A stretch of DNA of 64,000 nucleotides from Eremomyces bilateralis CBS 781.70 (taxonomy: Eukaryota). Positions 25,404 through 37,823 of the stretch are shown one piece after another; the first letter of the stretch is position 1, and every line of letters begins with the position of its first letter. The notes under the pieces are model-generated. The model ran no database searches, was not told where the DNA came from, and was given only the letters and a program-made list of their open reading frames with translations. The position numbers and the translations under genes are program-made. The stretch lies in the NCBI GenBank assembly GCA_010015585.1, contig ML975176.1; one strand, 5' to 3'.

Positions 25404-26412
25404 ATGGATACCCTCGTCTCCCGATACAGCCGCCCGGCTTTCGTCGACCGCGAGTACACAGCAGAGGATCAAGAAGACGCCTATCAAGCCACTCCTTCCC
25501 TTTCACTACAATTCGCATTACCTCCGGTTTCACAGGTGAGCATTACTTGGCTTCTTGGATCAAGTTCGCATTGCTAACGACATGATTAGGCATCATCATG
25601 GCTTCGAGCCATGACCGATGACCACTCCAACCCTAGTTGTCCCATCAAGATCGCTCACGGTACTACCACGCTTGCGTTTCGATTTCAAGGAGGCATAATA
25701 GTTGCGACCGACTCTCGAGCAACGGCCGGGAACTGGATCGCAAGCCAGACGGTCAAGAAAGTCATCGAGATCAACAGCTGCTTGCTCGGAACCATGGCCG
25801 GCGGTGCCGCTGTATGTGACACCAACAACATAGAGCGTTCATCATCTGACACTACCTAGGATTGTCAATACTGGCTAGCATATCTCGGCATGCAATGTCG
25901 GCTCCATGAACTCCGACATAAGCGCCGAATTACCGTGGCGGCAGCATCCAAAATCCTGGCAAACTTGGTATATGCCTACAAAGGCATGGGACTCAGCATG
26001 GTAAGAAACCGTTCCGATACACTTGTTGATCATCGACGCTAAAATGTTTGAATAGGGTACGATGTGCGCTGGGGTCACCCCGCAAGAAGGCCCAGCCCTT
26101 TACTACATCGATAGCGACGGAACCCGACTCTCTGGCAACCTCTTCTGTGTTGGCTCCGGTCAAACCTTTGCTTACGGTGTCCTCGACGCCGAATACCGAT
26201 ACGATCTGACGGAGCAAGAAGCACTTGAACTTGGAAGCCGAAGCATTCTCGCCGCCACCCATCGAGATGCGTTCTCGGGAGGATTCATCAACCTTTATCA
26301 TGTGAAGGAGGATGGCTGGGTGAAGCATGGATTCAACGACACGAATCCCATCTTCTGGAAGACGAAATTGGAGAAGGGCGAGTTCTCGAACGTTACTGCG
26401 GAGCTGGATTAG
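25404..26412 (+). CDS. PRE2: 20S proteasome beta-5 subunit
   Basis: Propeptide followed by [53 protein letters not shown] and HRDAFSGG. Three introns (about 25536-25590, 25812-25859, 26001-26055). Confidence 0.96.
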
Positions 26413-26898
26413 GATAGTCATTCGGAGGTCATGCAGCACTTTGGGCGTTTCCATCAGGGTCAGATCGGGTCATGGATATATCTTCGCGACGACGACTCTT
26501 TTCTCGTCGACTGTAATTTCTACATCAATGTGATACCAGATCCTGCGGAGAGCCCTTAGGTATTACTTGTGAATGCGTTTAGTGGGCGTCTAGCCTCGTC
26601 ATCCACGCAGTGAAGATCATGGTTGGGAGTTCACGTCGCCCTCCAGTTCATCATATTCTTCCCTGCGACTTATAATGAAGCTCTCTGAGATATATCACCC
26701 CATTGTGTGGAATTTTAGCGTATGGTTAAACGAAATTGTGTCCCAAGAAATGCTCAGTTATGTCTCATAGAAAAGAGTTCTAGGGGCAGTAGGCAGATCC
26801 AATATCCTTTCGGCCTTATAAACATTGTAGTACAAGCGCTTGATGTCAAGTGTCCCGCCCCATGGACGCCATTCGGGAACATGCCCATATGCAAGTCT

Positions 26899-28910
26899 TT
26901 ATTCCAAGTCTTCTGGTCTTTTAGGCGGACCCTTCCGTGCTGGGCTATCACCAACCTGATCATCCACCAGATTCAATGGCGGCGGTCCCATCAGAGAATT
27001 CCCTCTGAGGTCGCCCGTTCTCCCTTTGCTGCTCTTGCTACTCGAAGGAAGCAATGATTCGCTTTCAAATGGGATGCCGCCGTTCGGGCCGTTCGATTCG
27101 TCCTCGTCGGATGAAATATCAGGCCCGCCGAGTGCTCGATCGATACCCTCCGAGTCGGCTTCGGCTTGCATTTTCCGATACTTGATGTAATTGTATGCAG
27201 CGATGGTCGCAATGGTAAGAACCAGGCCACTGATATTAATCGGAGTAAGCTGGTCGTCAAAAACGATGCTCGCGGCTGAAATGGTGACCACCTCTTTAAA
27301 AATGCCGGCAATGGACAAGGTCACCACCGATGTCCGTTGCAATAAGGCAAATTCGCTGGCTGTCATACAAAACGCAAGACAACCCGGGAATAAGAGAGCA
27401 AGAACACCAAACACGGTCCCCTTCAAGGACATGAGGTGAGCAAGACCTCCGCCGAGAGCGAAAAGCCCTTCCACTGGCACGGCGAGGGCGAAAATGGTAA
27501 TAAACATAATGGGGGCTAGAGCGAAGATGCTGGAAAATGGATTCGATGTTGCAGGATGGCGGAGGAGAAGGATCTGTGTAAGGGACCAGCGGAAACCGGA
27601 GGAGGCGGCGGCAGACATGACCAGCGTGAACCCAAGGGGATTGAACTCGGTTTCGCCTGCGACCATCATTATGACACCGATGGTCATCGCGAGGATGATC
27701 ATAATCAGTTGCCACGATGGCTTCTCGAGTCGGAAGATGAATGCAAAGAGTAGCACGAATCCTAGGACCGAAGACTTGCACATTGCTACATCACCATTAG
27801 AATATTTGCCGACAAAGGTGGGGATGAACTTACTATAAAATGTCAAGGATATGAACCGCATGCTCATATTCCCTAGACCGATATCGAAACTGGTAGCCGC
27901 ACCACAAGGCCCGACTCTGGTCAAATAGAACCACTTGGTCATCACAGGTTTTTTCGGATCGTACATATCCTCTGGTTCATCTCCCTCCGTTCGGGTATGT
28001 GCATTAATCGAGTCGTGTCGGGGACGGAATCGTGGAAATATCCATAAGACCGTTCCGGCCAAGATGAATTGAACGACCATGTGTAGACATGTCGTAAAAA
28101 GAGGGAATGGGAAAATACGGGGATCGTCTCGTAACCGATGAGCGAGGGATTTTGTGGTCTCCTCGTCGCCATCAGCGGAGTGTCCCTTTTCTGAAAACAT
28201 CCATTTATTGTACTGGCATTGTCAGCTAGGTTTCCCATATCACGAAGGGACTTATCACGAAGGAACTTACCACGGAGATTGATATGGAAAAGATATACCT
28301 TGCCCATTGTTAGATTCGACCATTCGTTCAATCAGAAGTCCACTTACCAGAGCCCGATCAGTGTCCCATTGTACGCGATATTCCTCCAAAACGCCGCCGA
28401 CTTGATCAATTCCCTTTGATCTTCCTCTCCCGGGTCATTGTTCCATCTTCCTCCACCGGAGCCTCCAGCAACTCTCTCGTCTAATCTCGTCTTCGTCGCC
28501 TTCCTTTCCCTTCTCCGCCTCTTATCCTTTCCCGTCAACCCCGTCTCCTCATCGTCTTCCAACCGGTCGTCGTCTAGGTCGTCTATTCCATCCATCTCAA
28601 AATCCTCGCTACTCCTAGCGGTCATACCGGATGACTCGGATCCCACCGAGGCGTCAAGCCCGCCGTGCCGCCTGTTATCGGCCTCCAGATCGCCGGCGGG
28701 ACGGATTGAGCGCGGTCGATGGTGCGGACGTGAATCGGTGGTGGCTGATGAGGTTGCGGTGACGGTAGGCTCGACGGGGTACTTGCTGGTCGATCGACTC
28801 TGGCGGATATCGTCGCGCTTGTGCAGTAATGCGCTAGGTGGAGGAGACTTGGTCGGTTTGGGAGAGACAGATGATCGATTGTTGTAGTGAGAAGGGGTCG
28901 GGATGGCCAT
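26899..28910 (-). CDS. Triose-phosphate/nucleotide-sugar transporter family protein (Ymd8/SLC35C2-like)
   Basis: W|YIFSISISV|YNKWMF, FPFPLFTT, DIGLGN, FYTMCKSS, GFRWSLTQILL, VVTLSIAGIFKE, with multiple TM helices. Introns 28299-28347, 28213-28270 and 27786-27833. Confidence 0.9.
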
Positions 28911-29747
28911 ACCAAAAGGATGGGGTCATAGACGTCAGGCGTCAGGTGCCCGAAAGGGGTACGCTAACGGGGCGATTCAATCACGGGCACATTGAAATGA
29001 ACGGATCGAGGGTCAAACTGCAAAAGGTTCCACGAAAGCGAAATGGAAGTGTATCTTTGTTGATTAGTGTTGCTTTGAAAGTGATTCCAGAACCATGAAG
29101 ATTGAAGCCAGAACTGAGAACATGGCAAAGGTGTGTCCTCCATGCACAGAGCAACGGGGTAACTGACCAGGGAGTCTGGATAGTCGAGATCTCCGGAATA
29201 CTCCTCCGTAGTTCGTACGGTAAGTAAAGTAAGTAAGAGCTAAGGGATATTAATAATTCATACCCGATGAATCCGAGGATCGTGTCCATCCGGATTCTGG
29301 AATACTAACAATACGATGTCTTTAACTCCTTATTAAGGTATTCTAACCGAAACCTCCTTAGTGGCCATATGAAGTCATTGGGCATATGAGACTATTGCGA
29401 GTGAGATTGTGAACCAACTGCCTGAGTCCTGAGTCCTGCCTCTTCCTGTTGAGTAGCCGTATCCGTACCCGCACTGCTACAGTATTATTACGACAGGAGC
29501 CGCATAAAAATGCCCCTTCAAGAGACCCAATATTATGACTGATCACTGAATCAGCTCGGTATTACGCCCATGTTTCGCATTCCTGGTTAACCAAGACCCC
29601 GCATTTTCTACATACCGGCATACCGGCCATATGAACCGCGTCTCTTCGAGCCAGGATATTCAAGATGTATGTATCGAGGCTTGGTGACTTGGGAATTGAG
29701 CAATAATTGAACATCCCCATCTAATCTCTCAAATAATCTAATCCAGC

Positions 29748-30438
29748 ATGTCTACTTTCATCCCCAAAGAACTCAAAGACATCACGAGTGAAGTCGCAGC
29801 CATTCTCATCGAGCGCAAAGAGACCATTGCCGTAGCCGAGACAGTTAGCCATCGATCCCCTTGTCGTCCTTCGATTCTAACCCAATTCCAAGGCAGCGGG
29901 CGGTTTAATATCTGCGGCCCTTCTCGCGATCCCAGGTGCGAGTGGCTACTATTATGGAGGATTAACGGTGAATAGCCATGCCATGATAATCGACGAGGGC
30001 CGGTAGAAACATGAAGGCTAATGACAATCAGCTCTACACTCTGGCAGCCCGGATCGCCTACGCTGGTTGGACCCAGGAATCCGTAAAAGACTACAAAGGG
30101 CCGACTCCTGAAATTGTCGCGGGCTTGGCAGATCATACACGACGGACACTCGGGTCGACCTATGTGGTGTCGGAAAGTGGTACTGCTGGACCGACAGGTG
30201 GACAGTCGAAGAACAGGACGACGTAAGTGATATCGATGGCTTGGTTGAATGGTGCGTTCTCTTGTTGACGCCGAACAATAGAGGTTACGTTGCCTTGGCT
30301 GTGAGCTCGGAGAAGGGGACCGCTACCAAGGAACTCAACACGGGCTTGGGTGGTGATCGAGAGGCAAACATGGTCGCGTTTGCGATCGAAGCCATGAGAC
30401 TTGTCAAGGAGGTGTTGAAGGGAGAAGCCAAGTTGTAG
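29748..30438 (+). CDS. CinA C-terminal-domain (PncC-like) protein
   Basis: Spliced: ..ERKETIAVAET|AAGGLISAALLAIPGASGYYYGGLT|LYTLAARIA..VSESGTAGPTGG..GYVALAV..DREANMVAFA..AKL*. Introns 29844-29892, 29968-30031 and 30223-30281. Confidence 0.88.
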
Positions 30439-30674
30439 GCAAAGATGACGCAACACGGGTCTGGTCCAGACCAAAGGTCGAATTAACACGATGGTCCACT
30501 GAATATGTAAGAATACATCGAGTACGGGACGATCGGTGCAGAGGATTCCGGTCTTGTATTTGAATCCTGTCCCTAGATGCCTTGGGACTCCTTGTAGGTA
30601 TTTCTAAACGACTGATTGATCCAAAAGAACGAGATGACATTTCAGGAAGTGCCGAAAGTGGCCATGAGTGAGAA

Positions 30675-31246
30675 TTATACCGGAGAGTCATCGTTATTGT
30701 CGATATCTGTCTGCGGTGACACATTTGAGGAAGCCAGGGTGGAGCTACTTGGAGATGTACTTGGAGAGACGATGTATAAGTCCCGGAATTGGTCGAAAAC
30801 CAGTCTCCTCCAGTACACATCTATTGGCAGACCGACCGAAGCCAAATTGAGCTTCATGCTTGGATAATCGGCAAACTCGGCTCGTTCTTCCTCAGGAAGC
30901 AAGTCTTCACCGAGGATATCTAGATGCGAACTGCCACGTGGGATTGCTTTGCGGGAACAGCGGAGGCCGATATCTAAAGGACTTATTAGGGGATGGTCAG
31001 GGAGAAGAGGCGGAGATACTCACTTTCGTCTAACTCTTGTGCCAGACAACGGAGCGACCATACTCGGATGCCGTCTTCGTGTCGGTATTTGTAAACCACG
31101 ACCCTAGTCTTGTCTTCTTTGTCTAGGCCGTACCTCTGGCTGTTTGTCGAGGAGATCCCCGACTTGCTCAATGGTTCTGGAGTGTCAGTGGCCATGATAC
31201 TGTACTGGATCCAATCGCGAATATCGAAAAGCTGGGGCTCTTGCAT
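30675..31246 (-). CDS. Small two-exon hypothetical (orphan) protein, about 173 aa
   Basis: ORFs 30986-31258 and 30675-30902 join in frame across a canonical 50-nt intron (GTGAGT...CTAAT...TAG, 30974-31023). The 5' end may extend further upstream. Confidence 0.5.
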
Positions 31247-32600
31247 GGCATCCGACACTAGGACAGTTGCTGCTGGTATGGTTTATGCTTCCAAATCGAT
31301 GCGGATGTTATCAAGACGAGGCTGCGTGTTTATGTCAGAGGCGTGAGTACACGAGGATGTAAGTCATGAACAGCAGCGCCTGGTCGGATACTACAAATAG
31401 GCAGATGATTGATTCAACGGAGGGCGCCACACAGACTCGCCGTGGTCAAATGTCTGATGAAGGCAGCACGGGAAAGTTCACTCCAGAAACTTAGCTGAGA
31501 ATATGGATCAGTCATGGAGAAGGACATGCATGGTATGGTACCGGTAAAGTTGAAAGAAGGATGGTGAAACAGAGGTCAGAACAGTGAACAAGTATGTAAC
31601 ATGAAGTCACGAGTGAATCTGTTTTCCAGGAGGTTTGGCAGGATAGTTCTATTCTCTTCCACTCCTGTATTGGAACCCGATCAGGATGATGCGGGAGGAC
31701 GATGTTGAACCGCTGCATTGGAATTCTGTCTTCAACCCGTTGGTTGAGATATCCTTTGTTCAGGAATCAGGAGGCGATGAGGCGTGCACTACGCAGTCGA
31801 CGATAGCCGCCCCATGTGCCAGGCTGCCGCCGCTGTGACCGCCCACAGGAGCCCAAAAAACCACTGCTGCATATCTTGTCAGGTTTCACCTTTGACCTCC
31901 TGCCCCCGCCCTCTACCAGCCCTCCTCAACGGAGTCTCGAGAGGTACAAAGCCGTGGAATACGAAAAGAAGATAATGATGATGAGTTTTTGCCGCCCTGG
32001 AAGTATGCTTCGTGACCTGGACCATTTTCTTCGAACCCGAATATACTCACGCATCTCATCCCCATGACCGCAAGGCAACGTCTCCAGCATTCCCGACTAG
32101 AAATTCTCCGATCATGAGATGTTTCATACTCAACTCCTAGACTTCCGTAGTCTCACACCAACATATCATTTCTTTATGTTGTTAACTTACAATATTCGGA
32201 GCTCTAGAGGCTCACACCTGATACACATCCGTCGGGACTCTGCATCAGAGGGTTGACGGAGTGTCCCCTTGTCCACTACATTTAGACATTTGGTTTATTC
32301 ATGCCGTATGCTCGATTTATCGCGTCTCTGTTTCTACTTGTATCTTTCGTCGCCCATTAGATAGTCGTTACAGTGTGGCTTCTCTCGGTTAATCACGTTT
32401 CTTGTCAGTTCCTTCGGTGTTCAACGGTCCTATTGCTATTGCTACCTCTTCATTATCTCACCTTAAACCTATCCTTGGACTGCCAGTATCATCGTGGAAT
32501 ACTCCTTAGTTAGCCGCTTACTGGTCCCTGCACTGACGGCCGTACGTCTAATGCGTTAAACGGCCGACCGCTTCGTTGACGAGAACTGTTTATCGCTTAG

Positions 32601-34244
32601 ATGCATTATCCTCTGAAAAGCCCTCATCTATCTGTGTCACCTCAACGGCCATCGAGTCTCCATACCGGTAATTCCACGCAAGAAGATGTCAGAAATGGAA
32701 AAGCATGGGCAAAGACGGTAGATGAGCCTTGGGATCCGTTCATTCTGTGCCTGGACGGTGGGGGAATTCGGGGTTATTCGAGTCTTCTCATTCTGGAAAG
32801 CCTCATGCATGAAATCGCTGTTTGGGAGGACCGGCTCGAAGCTGAAGAACACCCCGAAAATGCTAGTCAACGACGAATATTCAATAGCGCCGAGTTGCTT
32901 CCATGCCATTATTTCGATTTTATGTATGGAACGAGCACGGGAGGACTAATAGCAACGATGCTAGGAAGATTAAGAATGAGTGTCCCTCAATGCATGGAGA
33001 AATATCGCACCGTTGGAGAAGAGTTGTTTGGCCGCCACCGAAGCAGATTCCCATTGGCAACGAAATATCACCACCAACCCCTAGAAGATGCCGTCATCGA
33101 TATTGTCCGAAAGCACTGTCCGATTCATATTGAAGGTGGATGTACTGGATATGACCTTCACCCTTGGGAGATGGAAGCCAGCTTCCAAGCCATCGACATC
33201 GAAGGGACACCCCAAGAGCTGAAAAGGAGCGGCAGCTTTCAATGTCAGCCGACAGCGGATTCTAGCGACGGTTCCGAGCCAAGACACGAACATTCCTTTG
33301 ACTTGGAATCTAACGACAGACACCAGGAACGGAGAATGGACCATGGGGTTACGTGTCCGTCAATCTGTCATACAATCTGCCTCACCGCTACCCATAATCA
33401 GCGCATCGCCGAAGCATATCTCCTACGTACCTACGACCACCGCTACCAGGATGACTGCCCCAGATGGCTGACACGATATAACGAAGGAGCTGACCCTCTG
33501 TGCATCTGGCAAGTTACACGAGCTACATGCGCCGCGCCGTTTTATTTCAAAGCTCTGGAAGCCGACATCCGCGATGAGGTCAAGGTGTTTAAAGACGGTG
33601 GTATACGCGAGAACAATCCAGCTGGGGCCGCCTGGAACGAGTTTGTCAGTATCTACGGTCCATTCCGCAACCCTGGGCTTTTGTTATCGGTTGGGACTGG
33701 TCGACCAAACATGGACCAAGATGGCTTTGCTAGTACATGGCCCGGACCGCTTGGAAAGTTGAAAATGGTACGGAAAGGGACGGAGAAGTTTGCAGTTTTC
33801 AAGAACGTCCTGATCAAATACACGGAAGGCGAGGAAAAACACCGAACGATGCTGAAACAATCCAAAGGCGAAGGTGAGAATACATGGTACAAAAGACTGA
33901 ACGTTAGTGATGGTCTCCAGGGAATGAAATTGGATAATTGGAAACGAGGCTCGTGGACCGATGCCTCTGGCACGACAAAGGTCATCCCTGGTGGAGCCAC
34001 CCTTACTCGGATCAAGGCTGCCACGGACGCATACCTGCACCGGGATTTCGATGAGCGGTTCGACACTTATGCGCCACCTCATGTGATGATTGAGCAGACG
34101 GCCGAGAAAATGGTTCGCCATCGAAGGGCTAGAGAACGAACACGCCACGTTAACGAGGAACGGTGGAGTACGTTTATGGGACTGACTCTTAGGAGTATGG
34201 ATGAGAAGAGCGGAGCGAACGGCCACCTTTCCAATCCTGGATGA
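32601..34244 (+). CDS. Patatin-like phospholipase (stand-alone iPLA2-type)
   Basis: LCLDGGGIRG oxyanion loop, GTSTG nucleophile, RATCAAPFYF, DGG catalytic Asp, LLSVGTG. Single exon. Confidence 0.92.
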   Translation: MHYPLKSPHLSVSPQRPSSLHTGNSTQEDVRNGKAWAKTVDEPWDPFILCLDGGGIRGYSSLLILESLMHEIAVWEDRLEAEEHPENASQRRIFNSAELLPCHYFDFMYGTSTGGLIATMLGRLRMSVPQCMEKYRTVGEELFGRHRSRFPLATKYHHQPLEDAVIDIVRKHCPIHIEGGCTGYDLHPWEMEASFQAIDIEGTPQELKRSGSFQCQPTADSSDGSEPRHEHSFDLESNDRHQERRMDHGVTCPSICHTICLTATHNQRIAEAYLLRTYDHRYQDDCPRWLTRYNEGADPLCIWQVTRATCAAPFYFKALEADIRDEVKVFKDGGIRENNPAGAAWNEFVSIYGPFRNPGLLLSVGTGRPNMDQDGFASTWPGPLGKLKMVRKGTEKFAVFKNVLIKYTEGEEKHRTMLKQSKGEGENTWYKRLNVSDGLQGMKLDNWKRGSWTDASGTTKVIPGGATLTRIKAATDAYLHRDFDERFDTYAPPHVMIEQTAEKMVRHRRARERTRHVNEERWSTFMGLTLRSMDEKSGANGHLSNPG

Positions 34245-34580
34245 ACTGGAGCCCTTTCAGTAAGCGGAACTCGGATTTGGAGTAGGGAAAACCACTATCC
34301 AGAGGTGCAGACTGGAAACATGATTCACAGTCGTGTAATACAAGCCCCTGGATGATATATGGAGGGAGGTTCGGGCGCAATGGACTAAGCGATGCATATT
34401 ATTCATCTTAGCATTCATGGTTTCAGTCAACGAAAGCGTTCGATATATAGACAGAGATCACAGGCTTCGTTTTTAGGACTCAACGGAACATTATCATAGA
34501 GTTGGCTATAAAAACCTTTCACTTAGATATCGGCATAAAAACTACTGCATTGACATAGAATGTACGTGAGATATGATACT

Positions 34581-35797
34581 TCAAAGATTGGACGAAACCA
34601 AAACCGACTCGTGATCAGGCCAGATCAGGATGGCTCGGATCTCAATGGATTCCCGCGCATAATTATCCTTGTGCTCTTCATCCACGAAAGCAGTGTGTGG
34701 GCATGCCCTTGCTCTCCCGTGATTGTCGTACTGCTTGAAGATCAATACGTCCTCGGGTTGCTGAGCGTACTTGTAGTACCACCTGTGAACGATCAGCCTT
34801 TCCGCCTTGTGAACTTCGCATCATTGTCTTACCGATGAGCGGGATTGTACACGACTCCCATCGACTCTCGGATCTCTTTGAACCATCGATTTTGACGGAT
34901 CACGAGATCCCGATGGGGCACGGTATTTGCGCCGGCAATCCCGAATGGATCTCTGTAGACTGGTTTGATGGGGCGCCACGCCTATGAGTGTATGTCAGAC
35001 CATCGCTCACAAGTTGGAATAGCCAGGTTGGGATCTCCATACATTTACAATCATAAAGCGTCCATGCATGATTTCCTCTGTTTCACCTTCGAAGTGGCTG
35101 TGCAATGTTTTGTTCGACTGGATGGAAGAGAAGTCCAGATGGGCGGCGCTAACCCTGGTCAGTAATCGGACTGGAAGAGATATCAGTACACGCACTAGAC
35201 GGCCGGTTGAGGCTTGACACCGCCCTCATCTTTCTTGTAGAGATTGACATGATTTTGATGGTTGTCAGTAACTCTACTACCATGATGGATGATCTTGATC
35301 TGAGGAGCGCCGGTGCTAAAATTAAGTTAGCACTGAATTCAAGGTCATCGTTGGTCGGATGAATCCAGGGAGCAAACGTACACTCGCTGGAGGAATTCTG
35401 CCATTTCCGGGTAGTACTCGGTCACGATCTTCTTCGTATCAAAAAGGTCATCTCTCGTCTTCATCACCGTCGATGACTGCTTCGCATACACGAAACCGTG
35501 CTTCTCGAGAGTAAATTCATGCTCACGGCCGCCGACGTCTTCCACTGTGACTTCAACGGATCGTTTCGGTGGGGTCGGATAGTAGCTGGAGTACCATGTT
35601 AGTAAGTGATATCAAGCCAAAGAGCCAACCTACATGTCTCCTCCCTGCCACATATCTTCCTTCCCACCCTTCGCCTCAAGCTGTTTCTTGTATTTCTCCT
35701 CATCAGCATGCCAAACGGTTGTTTTCAAGTCACGCCGCTTGTGGACGGTTGGTCCGGCTGGCTCCCCCGCGGTAGAGACGGCTGGTTGAGTTGACAT
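34581..35797 (-). CDS. AsaB/CmcJ/GA4-desaturase-like oxidoreductase (non-heme iron hydroxylase/desaturase family)
   Basis: Spliced product: VTVEDVGGREHEFTLEKHGF, EYYPEM, AAHLDF, RFMIVN|AWRPIKPVYRDP, YNPAHR|WYYKYAQQPEDVLIFKQYD, CPHTAF, RESIEIRA. Five short introns; ends SSNL*. Confidence 0.85.
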
Positions 35798-36804
35798 GTT
35801 GACTTGATCTTCCGACTGAATGCAGACCGACTTGTTTGAGCTATTAGAGCCATCTTGGATTCATGAGGGTCTTCGTCGATGCTTTTATAGTTCCCGAAGC
35901 CAGTTATGGTTGATGGTAATGCTCTCGAATGGAATGTCGTTTAGATCCCTCGTTCGTCGTATACGACGTTCCTACCTAAACGACGAAGACATCGGCAATA
36001 TGACAAGACCAACTCGCCGATAATAAACCTTACCGTATCGAGATTGAATGCGCAGTAAAGAATTGCGGGGGCCAATAGCAGCGCATCGAACCAACTCGAA
36101 GCCAAGGCGACCGCGATATACTTCGGAAGTATGCCGAGAAAAGTAGCCGAATGGAGGTGTGACACCTAACCTCTGATCCTCAAAGCGGGCGGCCTTGACC
36201 CTTCGATTGGAGCTATGTGAACTCCCTTAGCAAGAGACCTGCCCGCCTGCTTGTGGAAGTGCGCATGATATTGGAGTAGGATCTCGTAATTCTAGCTACG
36301 ATCGTACTTGTGTCTTACGACCGTACTCTAGTCTCTAGTCGATGCTGGTACGTGAACGACAAATCGCGGGTCCTTCATTGGATGCCAAAGAAAGTGGCTC
36401 TACAGTCTACGGCGCAACGCGGGGCTGGTGGAGACGTGGAGTGGTGGGAACTGTCAACTGGCCAACTGGGAATGTAGTGGACATAATTATTACCGTATGT
36501 CGTGGCATTACCAGACCATCCAAGTCGGGGAGATTTACCACACAATCTGGACTCCGAAGTAATAATACAGGTAAATAAGTTAACATGAAGTTAGTCTGGG
36601 GAAGCTCCTAGACATGGATTTGGCACCTCTCATGGGATGTCGTCAGTAGCTCCTTGCATCACCACTGCTGACAATTGCACCTTGGAATCCGTTTGCTCTG
36701 CTTTTCATTCAATACACTGCTTTTTGCTTTCTCTACATGTTGTTTTGACCTTTGAGCCGTCGCAATTCTAGCTATCGGCCGTATATCATAACCGTTACCT
36801 GAAA

Positions 36805-37823
36805 ATGTCATCCGAAGCGCCCACAGAGTCCGGTCATGGTGAGCAGGAACCGCTGCTCGGCGTAAGTGTCTTTGGAGTCTTGGAGATTGCCCGAAAAGCG
36901 GTACCTAACGGCCTTCATATTTCTAGAGAACCGGAGATGCCTCACAAGTCGATGGCAAGCCCTTGGTACATAATCTGGTTCTCGGTATGATCCTGCCGCT
37001 CAGTGATCTGAGATCTCCAAACCTCATGGCTGACGATTTGGAAAGGAACCGCCATTGTAGGACAATTTGGCATCTGGATCGTAGGTTCTACCGAATCAAT
37101 TCATCATAGAACCCTATCCTAACTATATTTAGCAGGCTGCTATTGTTTGGTCCGCAGTGTTTTCAAACGATCTGATCTTGTTTTCCGCCCATCCGGTAAG
37201 CTCTATCATCCAGCTTCGCTGTAGAATTTGAGTCCAGCCAGCCTAACTGACCTCAAACAGCTATTGAATACTGTACGTGGATTGCCTCATTGACGGAGCG
37301 CTATGTGAAAAACGATCTAATCGTGAAATAGGCCGGCTTGGTGCTACTGACACAAGGAGCCTTGATCCTGCAGCCGACACATACCCCATCTCAGAAGAAG
37401 CGAGGAACTTACGTACATGGCTTTCTCAACAACCTGGGTGTTGATTGCCTCATTGCAGGTCTCGTCATCATTGAGGTCAACAAGTACAAGAACGGTATCC
37501 CGCATTTCGAGTCGGCCCATTCCATCTTGGGCTTCATCACATATGTCCTCATGTTTCTCCAGGCGATCGTCGGGTTCCTCCAATACTTTACTCCGACGGT
37601 ATTCGGAGGTGAGGCGAAAGCCAAGGCTGTCTACAAGTATCACCGGATATCTGGGTATCTCGTCTTCACGCTAGCTCTTGCTACTGTATGCGCGGCGACT
37701 CAGACGTCCTATAATCGGTCGGTGCTCTTTATTCCGTTGTGGACTGTGATCGTTGCATCGGTGATTACGTTGATGGGGGTCGTTCCGAGGATCAAGAAGG
37801 AGAAGCTTGGGATCTCGAGTTGA
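36805..37823 (+). CDS. Eukaryotic cytochrome b561 domain membrane protein
   Basis: Six exons. Four heme-ligand His motifs: LFSAHP|LLNT, YVHGFLN, HFESAHSILG, YKYHRISGY. N-terminal EQEPLL dileucine sorting motif. Confidence 0.88.

Noticed and set aside
31400..32100. Short ORFs upstream of patatin as a possible pseudogene
   Set aside because: I could not assemble any consistent frame or recognisable motif.
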